Positions 29,585 to 38,380 of a DNA stretch of 64,000 nt are shown here, piece after piece. Every line of letters starts with the position of its first letter. Position 1 is the first letter of the stretch. Below the pieces are notes generated by a model. The model saw only the letters and a program-made list of their open reading frames with translations, did not search any database and was not told where the DNA came from. Source of the DNA: Verrucomicrobiales bacterium (lineage in GTDB: Bacteria > Verrucomicrobiota > Verrucomicrobiia > Limisphaerales > CAIMTB01); contig JAEUHG010000165.1 of assembly GCA_016795425.1 (NCBI GenBank), positions 21,024-85,023 on the forward strand, given 5' to 3'. The position numbers and the translations under genes are program-made.

Positions 29585-32500
29585 CCCCTGAGACTCAACT
29601 CGGCCTACTAATGGACCCCCTGGTCCGGCGGCGTCGACGGACCCGATTGGCATGGCGTTTGGCGGCGGGTTGGGCGGTCGCAGCCGCGCTCGCCGCCGCG
29701 GTGTGGTTGGTGACTGGACTGGTGGGACGCACCCTTCCCGGGCTGGTTGCCGTGGTCGGTTTGGCCGGAGTCGCGGCGGCATGGTTTCTGGGCCGCCTTC
29801 CGAAGACGGGTGAACCGGACGCCCGAGTCATCGCGTCCGAGATTGAGGCGCGGCACCCCGAACTGCGGGGTCTGCTGCTCACCGCCGTCCAGCAGCATGA
29901 ACGTGCAGGCGATCGTCTCAACGTGCTGCAACAGCGAGTCGTCAGCGAAGCCCTCGCCCACGGGCGCACTCATGATTGGGCCAAAAGTGTGCCGACGGCA
30001 CGGCTGGGACTGGCGATGCTCACCCAATGCGCCGCGTTGGTCCTGTTCCTGGTCGTCTTGGGCCAATTGCTGCGTGCTCCCAAAGGAAATCTCGGCAGCC
30101 GACTCCTGGCCCAGGCTTTTGGAGTCACGGTCTCGCCCGGCGACATTTCCCTCGAACGCGGCGAGAGCCTGGTCGTCCTGGCGCGTTTCGGCAGCGAGGT
30201 GCCCAATGAAGTCGACCTCATCCTGGGCGACACCCCCACCACCGAACGGCGCATCCCCCTGACCCGCAGTCTGTCAGATCCGGTCTTCGGCGGCACCGTT
30301 CCGGAAGTGGGCCAGAGCCTGAGCTACCGCATCGAATACGGTGGCAAGCGTTCCCGCGATTACCAGGTCACCGTGTTCGAGCATCCCCGACTCGAACGCG
30401 CCGATGCCGGGCTCACCTTTCCGTCGTACACCGGACAGGAACCGCGGCGCATCGAAGACACCAAGCGAATCACCGCCGTGGAGGGCACCTCTCTCGACCT
30501 CGCACTGCAGCTGAACAAACCGGTCACTTCGGCGGTACTGGTTCCGCGCGACACCAATGAGCTCCGACTGACGCTCACCCTCGCCACCAACCAAGCCCGG
30601 GCGGAACTGACCAACCACCTGATGCTCGCCAAGGGGACCTACGATCTCAAACTGGTCGACGCCGACGGACGAACCAACAAAGGGATCACCACCTTTGTTT
30701 TCGACGTCGTCCCCAACCGAACGCCGGAACTCAAATTGGCGCATCCCCGAGGCGATATTCGTCCGTCACCCCTCGAGGAAATCCGCTTCGAAGGCACGGT
30801 ATGGGACGACTTCGGAGTGCTCGCGCACGGTCTCGCCTTCAGCCTTGTCGAACAGGAACCGCGCATCGTTGAGCTTGGGACCAACGTCGCCCGCGGCGAA
30901 CGCCGGTCGTTTCAAACCTCCCTGCGCCTCGAGGAATTCGGCGTGCTGCCCGACCAATTGGTCTCGTATCACTTATGGGCCGATGACATCGGGCCGGACG
31001 GGAAAGTCCGTCGCACCACCAGCGATCTGCTCTTCGCCGAAGTGCGCCCCTTCGAAGAGATCTTCCGCGAAGGTTCGGGTGGCGAAGGGGAATCCCAGGA
31101 CTCGCAGTCCGGCAACTCCCGCAATCCCACCGGCGAACTGATCAAGCTGCAAAAGCAGATCATCAGCGCCACCTTCAACCTGCGCCGCGACGCCAAGGGA
31201 GCCGATGCAAAATTCAAAGCGGACTTGGAGACGATCCAGGAATCCCAACAGCACGCTCTGGAACAGGCGGAAGGCCGGGCGGAAGCCGCGGGGGGTCCAC
31301 GCACCCAGGAGCTTTGGGATAAAGTGACCGAACAAATGAGCACCGCCATCGTCCGCCTCAAGGACGCGGCGTCCGGTCCCGCACAATTGAGTCCCGCTTT
31401 GGCGTCCGAGCAGGCGGCGCATCAAGCTTTGCTCAAACTCCAGGCCCGCGAGACCGAAGTCACACGTTCGCGCAGCCGGGGCCAGGGCGGTGAAGGTGGC
31501 GGAAACCAACGCCAGATCGACGAACTCGAATTGACCCAATCCGAGAATCGCTACGAGACCCAACGACAAGCCCAGGCGGATGTGACCCCGGAACGCCGCG
31601 AACAACTCCAGGTTCTCAACCGTCTTCAGGAACTCGCCCGCCGCCAGCAGGACATCAATCAACGCCTCAAGGAACTCCAGACCGCCCTCCAGGAAGCTGA
31701 CACCGAGCGGGAGCGCGAGGAGGTCCGGCGCCAACTCAAGCGCCTTCAGGAAGAGCAACAGCGCATGCTCGCCGACATGGACGAACTGGAACAGCGCACC
31801 CAGCGCCCGGAGAACCAGGCCCGCATGTCGGAGATGCGCCAGCGCCTCGAACAAACCCGTCAGGACATGGAACGCGCCAGCCAGGCCACCGGCGATGGCT
31901 CCGTCTCCCAGGCAGTGGCCGCCGGCACCCGGGCCCAGGAGCGCCTTCAGTCGATGCGCGATGAACTGCGGCAACAGAACTCGAGCCAGTTCGCCGAGGA
32001 CCTTCGCAACCTGCGCGCCGACGCCCGTGACATCGAGAAGCGGCAGGAGGAAATCAACCGGCAGCTCAACGCCCAGCCCCAGTCCAGGACCGCCCCATCC
32101 CAGCGACGCCTCTCCGACGACTCCAGCAATGCCGCCACTGAGAACCTCACTCAGCTCGGGCAACAACGGGAACGACTGACCAATCTGGTCGACCGCGCCA
32201 CCCGGCTCTCGCAGGCCGCCGAATCCACCGAACCGCTCGTCTCTCAACACCTCTACGATTCCCTGCGTCAATTGAGCCAACAGGAAGCCAGCACGCTCAA
32301 GCAGGCCCAGCAGGACCTGATCGATCGCGGGCAAATGACCCAAAGCCTCTACGAACGCCTCAAGGCCGCGGAACAGGGCGAAGGCAGCGCCAAGGCCCTC
32401 GAACTCGCTTCGGAACTCCTCCGCCAGGGCATGCCGGCAGAGGCCAGTCAGGCGGGCGAACGCGCCGAGGCAGGCATGGATATTCTCCGCCGAGGTGTCG

Positions 32501-33549
32501 AGCGCGCAGCAGAAAGTGTGCTCGGCGACGATACCTCGGCATTGCGAATGGCCCGCGACGAATTGCAGATCCTCTCCCAACAATTGGAGCAGGAGATCCG
32601 ACAATCTTCGGCACAGAACGGCGCTTCCGCCGGATCCTCCGATGAACCGCGCGAGAACCCGAACGCCGCCGGCCAGAACGAAGGCCGGCAACCCGGTCCA
32701 GGCCAGGCGGGCAACGAGAACCGGGACTTAGCCCAAAATGATCGAGCCAATGCCGGCGGCCAGAACGGATCCGACTCCCAGCCGCCGGGCTCGCAACCCG
32801 GTCCAAACCCGGGCCAGGAAGGCTCGGGCAGTGCTCCCGACGCCGAAGGCCAACAGCAAGCCGGCACGCAACCCGGCGGCCGGGAGGGTCAACCACAGCG
32901 ACAAGCCCAAGCCCAAGGTCAGGGTCAGGGTGAGGGTCAGGGTCAAGGTCAAGGTCAAGGTGAACCCCAAGCAGGCCAAAACGACGCCCAAGCCCAAGCC
33001 CAAGCCCAAGCCCAATCACAAAACGGGCGCGGTCGGGGCGAAGGTCAGGCTCAAAGGGCCGGCAACGACGCACGCGGCCAGCGGGGAGCGGCAAATCGAT
33101 CGGGACGCGCCGACGGCGGCGGCGGCAATGGAGGTTCCGGACGCACCGGTGGGGTGGACTTCGAGCAACTAGTCGGAGGCGACGCATCTCGGAGCGGCAC
33201 GGGAGGTTCCGGCCCCATCACGACCGAAGGATTCACCGAATGGTCGGATCGCCTACGCGAGGTCGAAGAAATGATCGACGTTCCCGATCTTCGCAATGAC
33301 GTTGCCACGGCGCGGGATCGCGCGCGACGGACGCGCCAGGAACTGCGGCGCGACCTGAAGAAGCCCGATTGGGCGGTCGTACGGCTGGAAATCCTGGGGC
33401 CGCTCATCGAGGTGGGACGGCAATTGGACGACGAATTGGCAAGGCGGACGACGAAGAACCCGATGCTTCCGATTGATCGCGACCCGGTTCCGAATCGCTA
33501 TTCGGAGTTGGTGCGTCGTTATTACGAGGAATTGGGGCGGGACCGCTGA
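29581..33549 (+). CDS. Very large membrane-anchored coiled-coil / low-complexity protein (tentatively DUF4175-like)
   Basis: The start makes an ATGA overlap with the BatA-like stop. N-terminal TM helices include LAWRLAAGWAVAAALAAAVWLV. A beta-rich region follows, then about 600 aa of Q/E/R-rich heptad-like sequence, then a G/Q/A/N low-complexity stretch. The C-terminus is conserved-looking (RYSELVRRYYEELG). Confidence 0.8.
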   Translation: MTPETQLGLLMDPLVRRRRRTRLAWRLAAGWAVAAALAAAVWLVTGLVGRTLPGLVAVVGLAGVAAAWFLGRLPKTGEPDARVIASEIEARHPELRGLLLTAVQQHERAGDRLNVLQQRVVSEALAHGRTHDWAKSVPTARLGLAMLTQCAALVLFLVVLGQLLRAPKGNLGSRLLAQAFGVTVSPGDISLERGESLVVLARFGSEVPNEVDLILGDTPTTERRIPLTRSLSDPVFGGTVPEVGQSLSYRIEYGGKRSRDYQVTVFEHPRLERADAGLTFPSYTGQEPRRIEDTKRITAVEGTSLDLALQLNKPVTSAVLVPRDTNELRLTLTLATNQARAELTNHLMLAKGTYDLKLVDADGRTNKGITTFVFDVVPNRTPELKLAHPRGDIRPSPLEEIRFEGTVWDDFGVLAHGLAFSLVEQEPRIVELGTNVARGERRSFQTSLRLEEFGVLPDQLVSYHLWADDIGPDGKVRRTTSDLLFAEVRPFEEIFREGSGGEGESQDSQSGNSRNPTGELIKLQKQIISATFNLRRDAKGADAKFKADLETIQESQQHALEQAEGRAEAAGGPRTQELWDKVTEQMSTAIVRLKDAASGPAQLSPALASEQAAHQALLKLQARETEVTRSRSRGQGGEGGGNQRQIDELELTQSENRYETQRQAQADVTPERREQLQVLNRLQELARRQQDINQRLKELQTALQEADTEREREEVRRQLKRLQEEQQRMLADMDELEQRTQRPENQARMSEMRQRLEQTRQDMERASQATGDGSVSQAVAAGTRAQERLQSMRDELRQQNSSQFAEDLRNLRADARDIEKRQEEINRQLNAQPQSRTAPSQRRLSDDSSNAATENLTQLGQQRERLTNLVDRATRLSQAAESTEPLVSQHLYDSLRQLSQQEASTLKQAQQDLIDRGQMTQSLYERLKAAEQGEGSAKALELASELLRQGMPAEASQAGERAEAGMDILRRGVERAAESVLGDDTSALRMARDELQILSQQLEQEIRQSSAQNGASAGSSDEPRENPNAAGQNEGRQPGPGQAGNENRDLAQNDRANAGGQNGSDSQPPGSQPGPNPGQEGSGSAPDAEGQQQAGTQPGGREGQPQRQAQAQGQGQGEGQGQGQGQGEPQAGQNDAQAQAQAQAQSQNGRGRGEGQAQRAGNDARGQRGAANRSGRADGGGGNGGSGRTGGVDFEQLVGGDASRSGTGGSGPITTEGFTEWSDRLREVEEMIDVPDLRNDVATARDRARRTRQELRRDLKKPDWAVVRLEILGPLIEVGRQLDDELARRTTKNPMLPIDRDPVPNRYSELVRRYYEELGRDR
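32902..33016 (+). repeat. In-frame hexanucleotide microsatellites inside the coiled-coil gene
   Basis: The run is (CAAGCC)2, then about 9 units of GGTCAG/GGTCAA/GGTGAG, then a spacer, then (CAAGCC)5. It encodes QAQAQGQGQGEGQGQGQGQGE...AQAQAQAQAQSQ. Confidence 0.9.
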
Positions 33550-33556
33550 CTTCACG

Positions 33557-35965
33557 ATGCCCGCCTTCTTTGCTTTCATGCAGTTGACGTTCGCCGGTTG
33601 GTCCTGGCTGGCACCCGCCATGGCCATTTCCCTGGTGGCGCTGGCGATACTCGCGTGGAGTTACCGCAGCCGCGGACCGGTCGGCCTGCGGCTGGCCTGT
33701 CTGGTGCTCAAACTCCTCGGCATTGCCGCCCTGGCCGTCTGCCTTCTTGAACCCTTGCGCACCGGCCAGCGGGCACGCCCGGGCGCGAATCTTTTCGCGG
33801 TGGTTGCCGACAACAGCCAGGGCCTTCAGATCAAGGACGCAGGACAGTCCGCTCACCGCGGCGACCGATTGAAGGGCTGGTTGGAGCCGGTTCCCGGTGG
33901 ATGGCAGAACGAGCTTTCGGAGAGTTTCGAGATTCGGCGGTACCTCTTCGACTCCCGCTTGCAGGGACTGACTGATTTCGCCGACCTCAATTTCGACGGC
34001 CGTTATTCCTCCATCCTGACCTCGCTCCGCACCCTGGCGGACCGGATGAAGGGCCGACCGTTGGCGGGTGTTTTGCTCTTCACCGACGGCAACGCCACGG
34101 ATCTGCCTCCGGGTGGACCCGATCTTTCCGGACTTCCACCGATCTATCCGGTTGTCGTCGGCGAAAAACTCGCGGTCCAGGACATCTCTATTGCGCAGGT
34201 GGCCGTCAGTCAGTCGGCCTTCGAGGACCAGCCAATCGCCATTCAGGGTGAAATCCAGGCCCCGGGGTTTCGCGGGCAACGCATCACCGCCCGGCTGCGC
34301 GATCCTTCGGGCCGGGTGGTCACCGAGGAGACCCAGGTCGCGCGCAATGCCGATGGCACCGTGCCGTTTCGGTTCAATCCGAAACCCGATGAACCCGGGG
34401 TCGTCTTTTACGAACTCTCCACCTCCCTTTCCGGCGATGCCTCGGCAGCGGGAGCCGGTGCGACGAATTCGTCGCAGGAGGCCACTCTGATCAACAACAC
34501 CAAAGTTCTCGCGGTGGATCGCGGCCGGGGGCCCTATCGGATTCTGTATGTCTCCGGCCGACCCAACTGGGAATTCAAGTTCCTGCGCCGCGCCATCGAC
34601 GAGGATCCTCAACTGCGGCTCTCGGCCCTGATTCGCGTCGCGCGGCGCGAGCCGAAGTTCGAGTTTCGCGGGCGCGCCGGCGAGACCAGCAATCCGCTCT
34701 TCCGCGGCTTCGGCAATCAGACCACCGAGGAGGTCGAGCGTTATGACCGCCCCGTCCTGGTTCGGCTGAACGCGCCGGGCGAAGCCGAGCGGAGCCATGA
34801 GTTTCCGAACTCCGAAGAGGAACTGTACCGCTACCAGGCGATCATCCTCGACGACATCGAAGCCGGGTTCTTCAGTCCCGACCAGGCAGCCTTGGTGCAG
34901 CGATTCGTCTCCGAACGCGGCGGTGGCCTTCTCATGCTCGGCGGCATGGAATGCTACTGCGAGGGCGGGTACCATCGCACACCGATCGGTGATCTCCTGC
35001 CCGTCTACCTGGACCGCGCAGAGACGCCGGCAACGCAACCTCCAGTTCATTTCGAACTGGCGCGCGAAGGATGGTTACAGCCCTGGGCCCGGTTGCGGGA
35101 CACCGAAGCGGACGAACGCCTCCGCATCGAGGGCATGCCGGCGTTTGCCGTAGCCAATCGGGTTCGCGGCATCAAACCCGGCGCCAGCGTCATTGCCACC
35201 GGCCGCGACGACGCCGGCCAAACGCTTCCCGCCCTTGCCATTCAACGCTTCGGACGCGGACGCACCGGCGCACTGCTCATCGGCGACCTTTGGCGCTGGG
35301 GCATGCGTGATCCGCAGTCGAGGGCGGACATGGAAAAGGCGTGGCGCCAATTGGCCCGCTGGTTCGTGGCCGAAGTCCCGACCCGCGTCGACCTCACCGT
35401 CGAACCCATCCCCGGCGACGCCCTTGGTTCCGTCCAACTTCAGGTTCGCGTGCGGGACGCCAAATTCGCGCCGCTCGATACTGCGGCGGTCACGGTGGAT
35501 GTCACTCCGGTGGTATTCGGCACCAACGCGGTGGCCGACGCCGGCACCTCCACCAATACCACCATCCGCCTTCGCGCGGAACCGTCGACGGCCGAGGCCG
35601 GGATGTACCAGGCCACCTTTCTGCCGCGTGGTGCGGGAGGTTTTTCGGCACTGGCGGTGGTGACGAACGATCTGGGTGCCGAGATTGGCCGCGACCAGGC
35701 AGGCTGGGCGAGCGATCCAGCGGCCGAGGAATTCCGTTCGTTGCAGCCCAATCTATCACTACTGCAACTCCTTGCCTCCAAGACCGGCGGCAAGGTCCTG
35801 ACGATCGACGAACTACCCGACCTGGTCCGGCGACTTCCCACCGAGCGCGCGCCCATCATGGAATCCTGGTCCTATCCGGTCTGGCACACCACTGCCGTCT
35901 TCGGTTTCGCCCTGGCTTGTTTCGTCGCCGAGTGGGGCTTGCGCCGCTGGAAAGGACTCCCGTGA
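33557..35965 (+). CDS. Large membrane protein of the MoxR/Bat-type operon (VWA-like and class-I glutamine-amidotransferase-like regions; tentative)
   Basis: The likely start is MPAFFAFMQLTFAGWSWLAPAMAISLVALAIL (ATG 33557). It has N-terminal TM helices. GVLLFTDGNATD is VWA-like and YQAIILDDIEAGFFSPDQAALVQRFVSERGGGLLMLGG is GATase1-like. A C-terminal TM is AVFGFALACFVAEWGL. Confidence 0.7.
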   Translation: MPAFFAFMQLTFAGWSWLAPAMAISLVALAILAWSYRSRGPVGLRLACLVLKLLGIAALAVCLLEPLRTGQRARPGANLFAVVADNSQGLQIKDAGQSAHRGDRLKGWLEPVPGGWQNELSESFEIRRYLFDSRLQGLTDFADLNFDGRYSSILTSLRTLADRMKGRPLAGVLLFTDGNATDLPPGGPDLSGLPPIYPVVVGEKLAVQDISIAQVAVSQSAFEDQPIAIQGEIQAPGFRGQRITARLRDPSGRVVTEETQVARNADGTVPFRFNPKPDEPGVVFYELSTSLSGDASAAGAGATNSSQEATLINNTKVLAVDRGRGPYRILYVSGRPNWEFKFLRRAIDEDPQLRLSALIRVARREPKFEFRGRAGETSNPLFRGFGNQTTEEVERYDRPVLVRLNAPGEAERSHEFPNSEEELYRYQAIILDDIEAGFFSPDQAALVQRFVSERGGGLLMLGGMECYCEGGYHRTPIGDLLPVYLDRAETPATQPPVHFELAREGWLQPWARLRDTEADERLRIEGMPAFAVANRVRGIKPGASVIATGRDDAGQTLPALAIQRFGRGRTGALLIGDLWRWGMRDPQSRADMEKAWRQLARWFVAEVPTRVDLTVEPIPGDALGSVQLQVRVRDAKFAPLDTAAVTVDVTPVVFGTNAVADAGTSTNTTIRLRAEPSTAEAGMYQATFLPRGAGGFSALAVVTNDLGAEIGRDQAGWASDPAAEEFRSLQPNLSLLQLLASKTGGKVLTIDELPDLVRRLPTERAPIMESWSYPVWHTTAVFGFALACFVAEWGLRRWKGLP

Positions 35966-37125
35966 ACCCAGCTGCCCCCGGGCGTTTCATCAGGTTGCCT
36001 CGACCTCGACCCCTTCCCTGGGAAACGCGGCTGGGGAGCGACGCGCTCCCGGAAGCCCGGCGTTCGCATCATCCCGCGTGCTGTCCGGCGCGAAGCGTCG
36101 TGGAGTGCGGCAGTCCCCTGCCGCTTTCCTCTCCAACGCAATTCCATTGGGGGCCCTGGCTGATTCTGTCGTTGCTCGTCGGCCTCCTGGCCTTCACCGC
36201 GTCCGCCGAGACCCACTCCCCCGGCGTGCGCGTCATCGCGGTCGTCGGTGCGCCGGGCGAACCGGAGTTCGGCACCAATTTCCTCGCTCAATACCAAGCC
36301 TGGCGCGACGCCTGCGCGAAAGCCGGTGTGCCGATCACCGGCATCGGCGCCGAAACCGATTCCTCGACCAACGACCTCGACCGCCTTCAGGCGCTAATCG
36401 ACGCGGAACCCAAGACCGGTTCCGATGAACTGTGGCTGGTGCTGATCGGGCATGGCACGTTCGATGGCAAGGAAGCGAAATTCAATCTGCGCGGCCCGGA
36501 CTTGTCCGCCACCAACCTCGCCATCCAGTTGCGACCGTTCACTCGGCCCATCGCCGTGATCAACACGGCCTCCAGCAGCGGTCCCTTTCTCCCGGCACTC
36601 GCCGCCTCCAACCGTATCGTCATCACCGCCACGCGCAGCGGCAACGAACAGAATTTCGCGCGCTTTGGACAATACTTCGCCGGCGCCGTGGTTGATCCGA
36701 AATCGGACATCGACAAAGACGGGCAGACCTCGTTGCTCGAGGCGTTCCTGAGTGCCTCGGCCCGCGTGGCGGAGTTTTACAAACGCGAGGGACGACTGGC
36801 ATCGGAACATTCCCTCATCGATGACAACGGGGATGGACTCGGGACGCCGGCGAATTGGTTTCGCGGGCTGCGCGCGACCAAGAAGCCGCGTGAGAATGCC
36901 GCGGTGGATGGCCTGCGCGCCCACCAATCCCATCTGCTGCGCAGTCCGGAGGAGATCCAACTCGATCCGGCACGCCGAGTCCGGCGCGATCAATTGGAGC
37001 GCGAACTGGCCAAACTTCGGGACACCAAGAAGGACACGCCGGAGGACGAGTACTTCCAGAAACTCGAGGCGCTCCTTCTGGATTTGGCGCGGGTGTATGA
37101 GCCCTCCCCCGCGCCGAGCCGTTGA
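35962..37125 (+). CDS. Secreted legumain (peptidase C13)/caspase-fold homologue with Ser at the nucleophile position
   Basis: I propose a GTG start overlapping the preceding stop (GTGA); GTG 36100 is an alternative. The signal or TM segment is WGPWLILSLLVGLLAFTASA. LVLIGHGTFDG and VINTASSSGPF...RIVITATRSGNEQNFA are collinear with legumain ..TDHGSTG.. and ..IEACESGSM..NVYATTAANPRESSYA, as I recall that sequence. Confidence 0.6.
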   Translation: MNPAAPGRFIRLPRPRPLPWETRLGSDALPEARRSHHPACCPARSVVECGSPLPLSSPTQFHWGPWLILSLLVGLLAFTASAETHSPGVRVIAVVGAPGEPEFGTNFLAQYQAWRDACAKAGVPITGIGAETDSSTNDLDRLQALIDAEPKTGSDELWLVLIGHGTFDGKEAKFNLRGPDLSATNLAIQLRPFTRPIAVINTASSSGPFLPALAASNRIVITATRSGNEQNFARFGQYFAGAVVDPKSDIDKDGQTSLLEAFLSASARVAEFYKREGRLASEHSLIDDNGDGLGTPANWFRGLRATKKPRENAAVDGLRAHQSHLLRSPEEIQLDPARRVRRDQLERELAKLRDTKKDTPEDEYFQKLEALLLDLARVYEPSPAPSR

Positions 37126-37170
37126 GTTGCGGATCCAGGTTCTTTAGGTCCCCAGGTCCGCAGGTTGCCT

Positions 37171-38319
37171 TCAATATTTCGGCACGCTGGAATCCACCTC
37201 GTCCGCCCAGGCGAGGATCCCGCCTTTGACGCTCTTCACGTACTTGAAGCCCTGTTCACGAAGGAATCTCAGCGCTTTCAAGGAGCGAACGCCGCTCTTG
37301 CAGTGGATGTAAATCTGCTGGTTGGGATCGAGTTCGGTGAAGCGCTGGGGAAGCAGGCTCAGCGGAATGAGCGGCACACCGGCGACGTGGGCGATCTGGT
37401 ATTCGTCCGGCTCGCGCACATCGATGACTTTGATGCCCGATTTCGAATCACCCAGGGCCTTCTTCATGTCCTGCACCGTCACTTCGTCGGAATTGTGATC
37501 CGGGGCCGGAGGCTCGGACGTCACGCCGCAGAACTGCTCGTAGTCGATGAGTTGATGAATGCTCGGGTGCTCGCCGCACAGCGGACATTGCGGATCGCGG
37601 CGCAACTTCAGTTCCTTGAACTTCATGTCCAAGGCGTTGAACAACAGCAGCCGTCCGATCAGTGAACTTCCCTTGCCGAGCGCGAGCTTAAGGATCTCGG
37701 TGGCCTGGATGCACCCAACGATGCCCGGCAACACGCCCAGGACCCCGCCTTCGGCACAACTCGGGACCATGCCCGGCGGGGGCGGCTCGGGATAGAGGCA
37801 ACGGTAGCAAGGACCGCCCAGGTGCGGTGCAAACACACTCGCCTGGCCGTCGAAGCGGAAGATCGATCCGTAGACGTTGGGCTTCCGCAGAAGAACGCAC
37901 GCGTCGTTGGTCAGATAGCGGGTGGGGAAATTGTCGGTGCCATCCACCACGATGTCGTACTGGCCGATGATATCGAGGGCGTTCTCGCTCGAGAGCCGAG
38001 TCGTGTGCAGGACCACTTCGACGTTGGGATTAAGGCTCTGGATGGTTTCCTTGGCGGATTCGGCCTTGGGTTTGCCGACATCCTCGGTGCCGTGCAGAAG
38101 CTGGCGTTGGAGGTTGGAAAAATCGACGGTGTCAAAATCGACGATACCCAATTTGCCGATGCCAGCGGCAGCCAAGTACATCGCGATGGGCGATCCCAAA
38201 CCGCCCGCTCCGATGCACAAAACAGTGGTCGAGCAGATCTTCTTCTGCCCGGCCATCCCCACCTCGGGCAGGATGAGATGGCGTGAATAGCGGCGAATCT
38301 CGTCGTTCGACAGTTGCAT
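37171..38319 (-). CDS. moeB: MoeB/ThiF-type adenylyltransferase fused to a C-terminal rhodanese domain (MoeZ-like)
   Basis: RYSRHLILPEVG...VLCIGAGGLGSP is the nucleotide-binding motif. The Zn motifs are CYRC and CPLC. The C-terminal rhodanese has active-site IYIHCKSGVRS. Confidence 0.9.
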   Translation of the reverse strand: MQLSNDEIRRYSRHLILPEVGMAGQKKICSTTVLCIGAGGLGSPIAMYLAAAGIGKLGIVDFDTVDFSNLQRQLLHGTEDVGKPKAESAKETIQSLNPNVEVVLHTTRLSSENALDIIGQYDIVVDGTDNFPTRYLTNDACVLLRKPNVYGSIFRFDGQASVFAPHLGGPCYRCLYPEPPPPGMVPSCAEGGVLGVLPGIVGCIQATEILKLALGKGSSLIGRLLLFNALDMKFKELKLRRDPQCPLCGEHPSIHQLIDYEQFCGVTSEPPAPDHNSDEVTVQDMKKALGDSKSGIKVIDVREPDEYQIAHVAGVPLIPLSLLPQRFTELDPNQQIYIHCKSGVRSLKALRFLREQGFKYVKSVKGGILAWADEVDSSVPKY

Positions 38320-38380
38320 AGCGCTCTAAAGGGGGGCCAGCCTACGTCCGGAACGCCTCATTGCAAGCCGCCGAAGGCCC

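Noticed and set aside
30973-32691. 572-aa ORF antisense to the coiled-coil gene; also 33404..35050 (548 aa), 27500..29248 (582 aa), 23248..24873 (541 aa) and 24931..26424 (497 aa)
   Set aside because: All are antisense to genes of the MoxR/VWA operon, which have strong motifs and operon-consistent junctions. I treat them as shadow ORFs.
35341-35961. Upstream extension of ORF 35341..37125
   Set aside because: It overlaps the 3' end of the preceding operon gene in another frame. A GTG at 35962 (GTGA overlap) or at 36100 gives a sensible signal or TM N-terminus.
37130-37162. Imperfect inverted repeat GCGGATCC...GGTCCGC with repeated CCAGGT between the convergent operon end and moeB end
   Set aside because: The stem is bulged and short with no U-tract. 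I am not confident it is a terminator.
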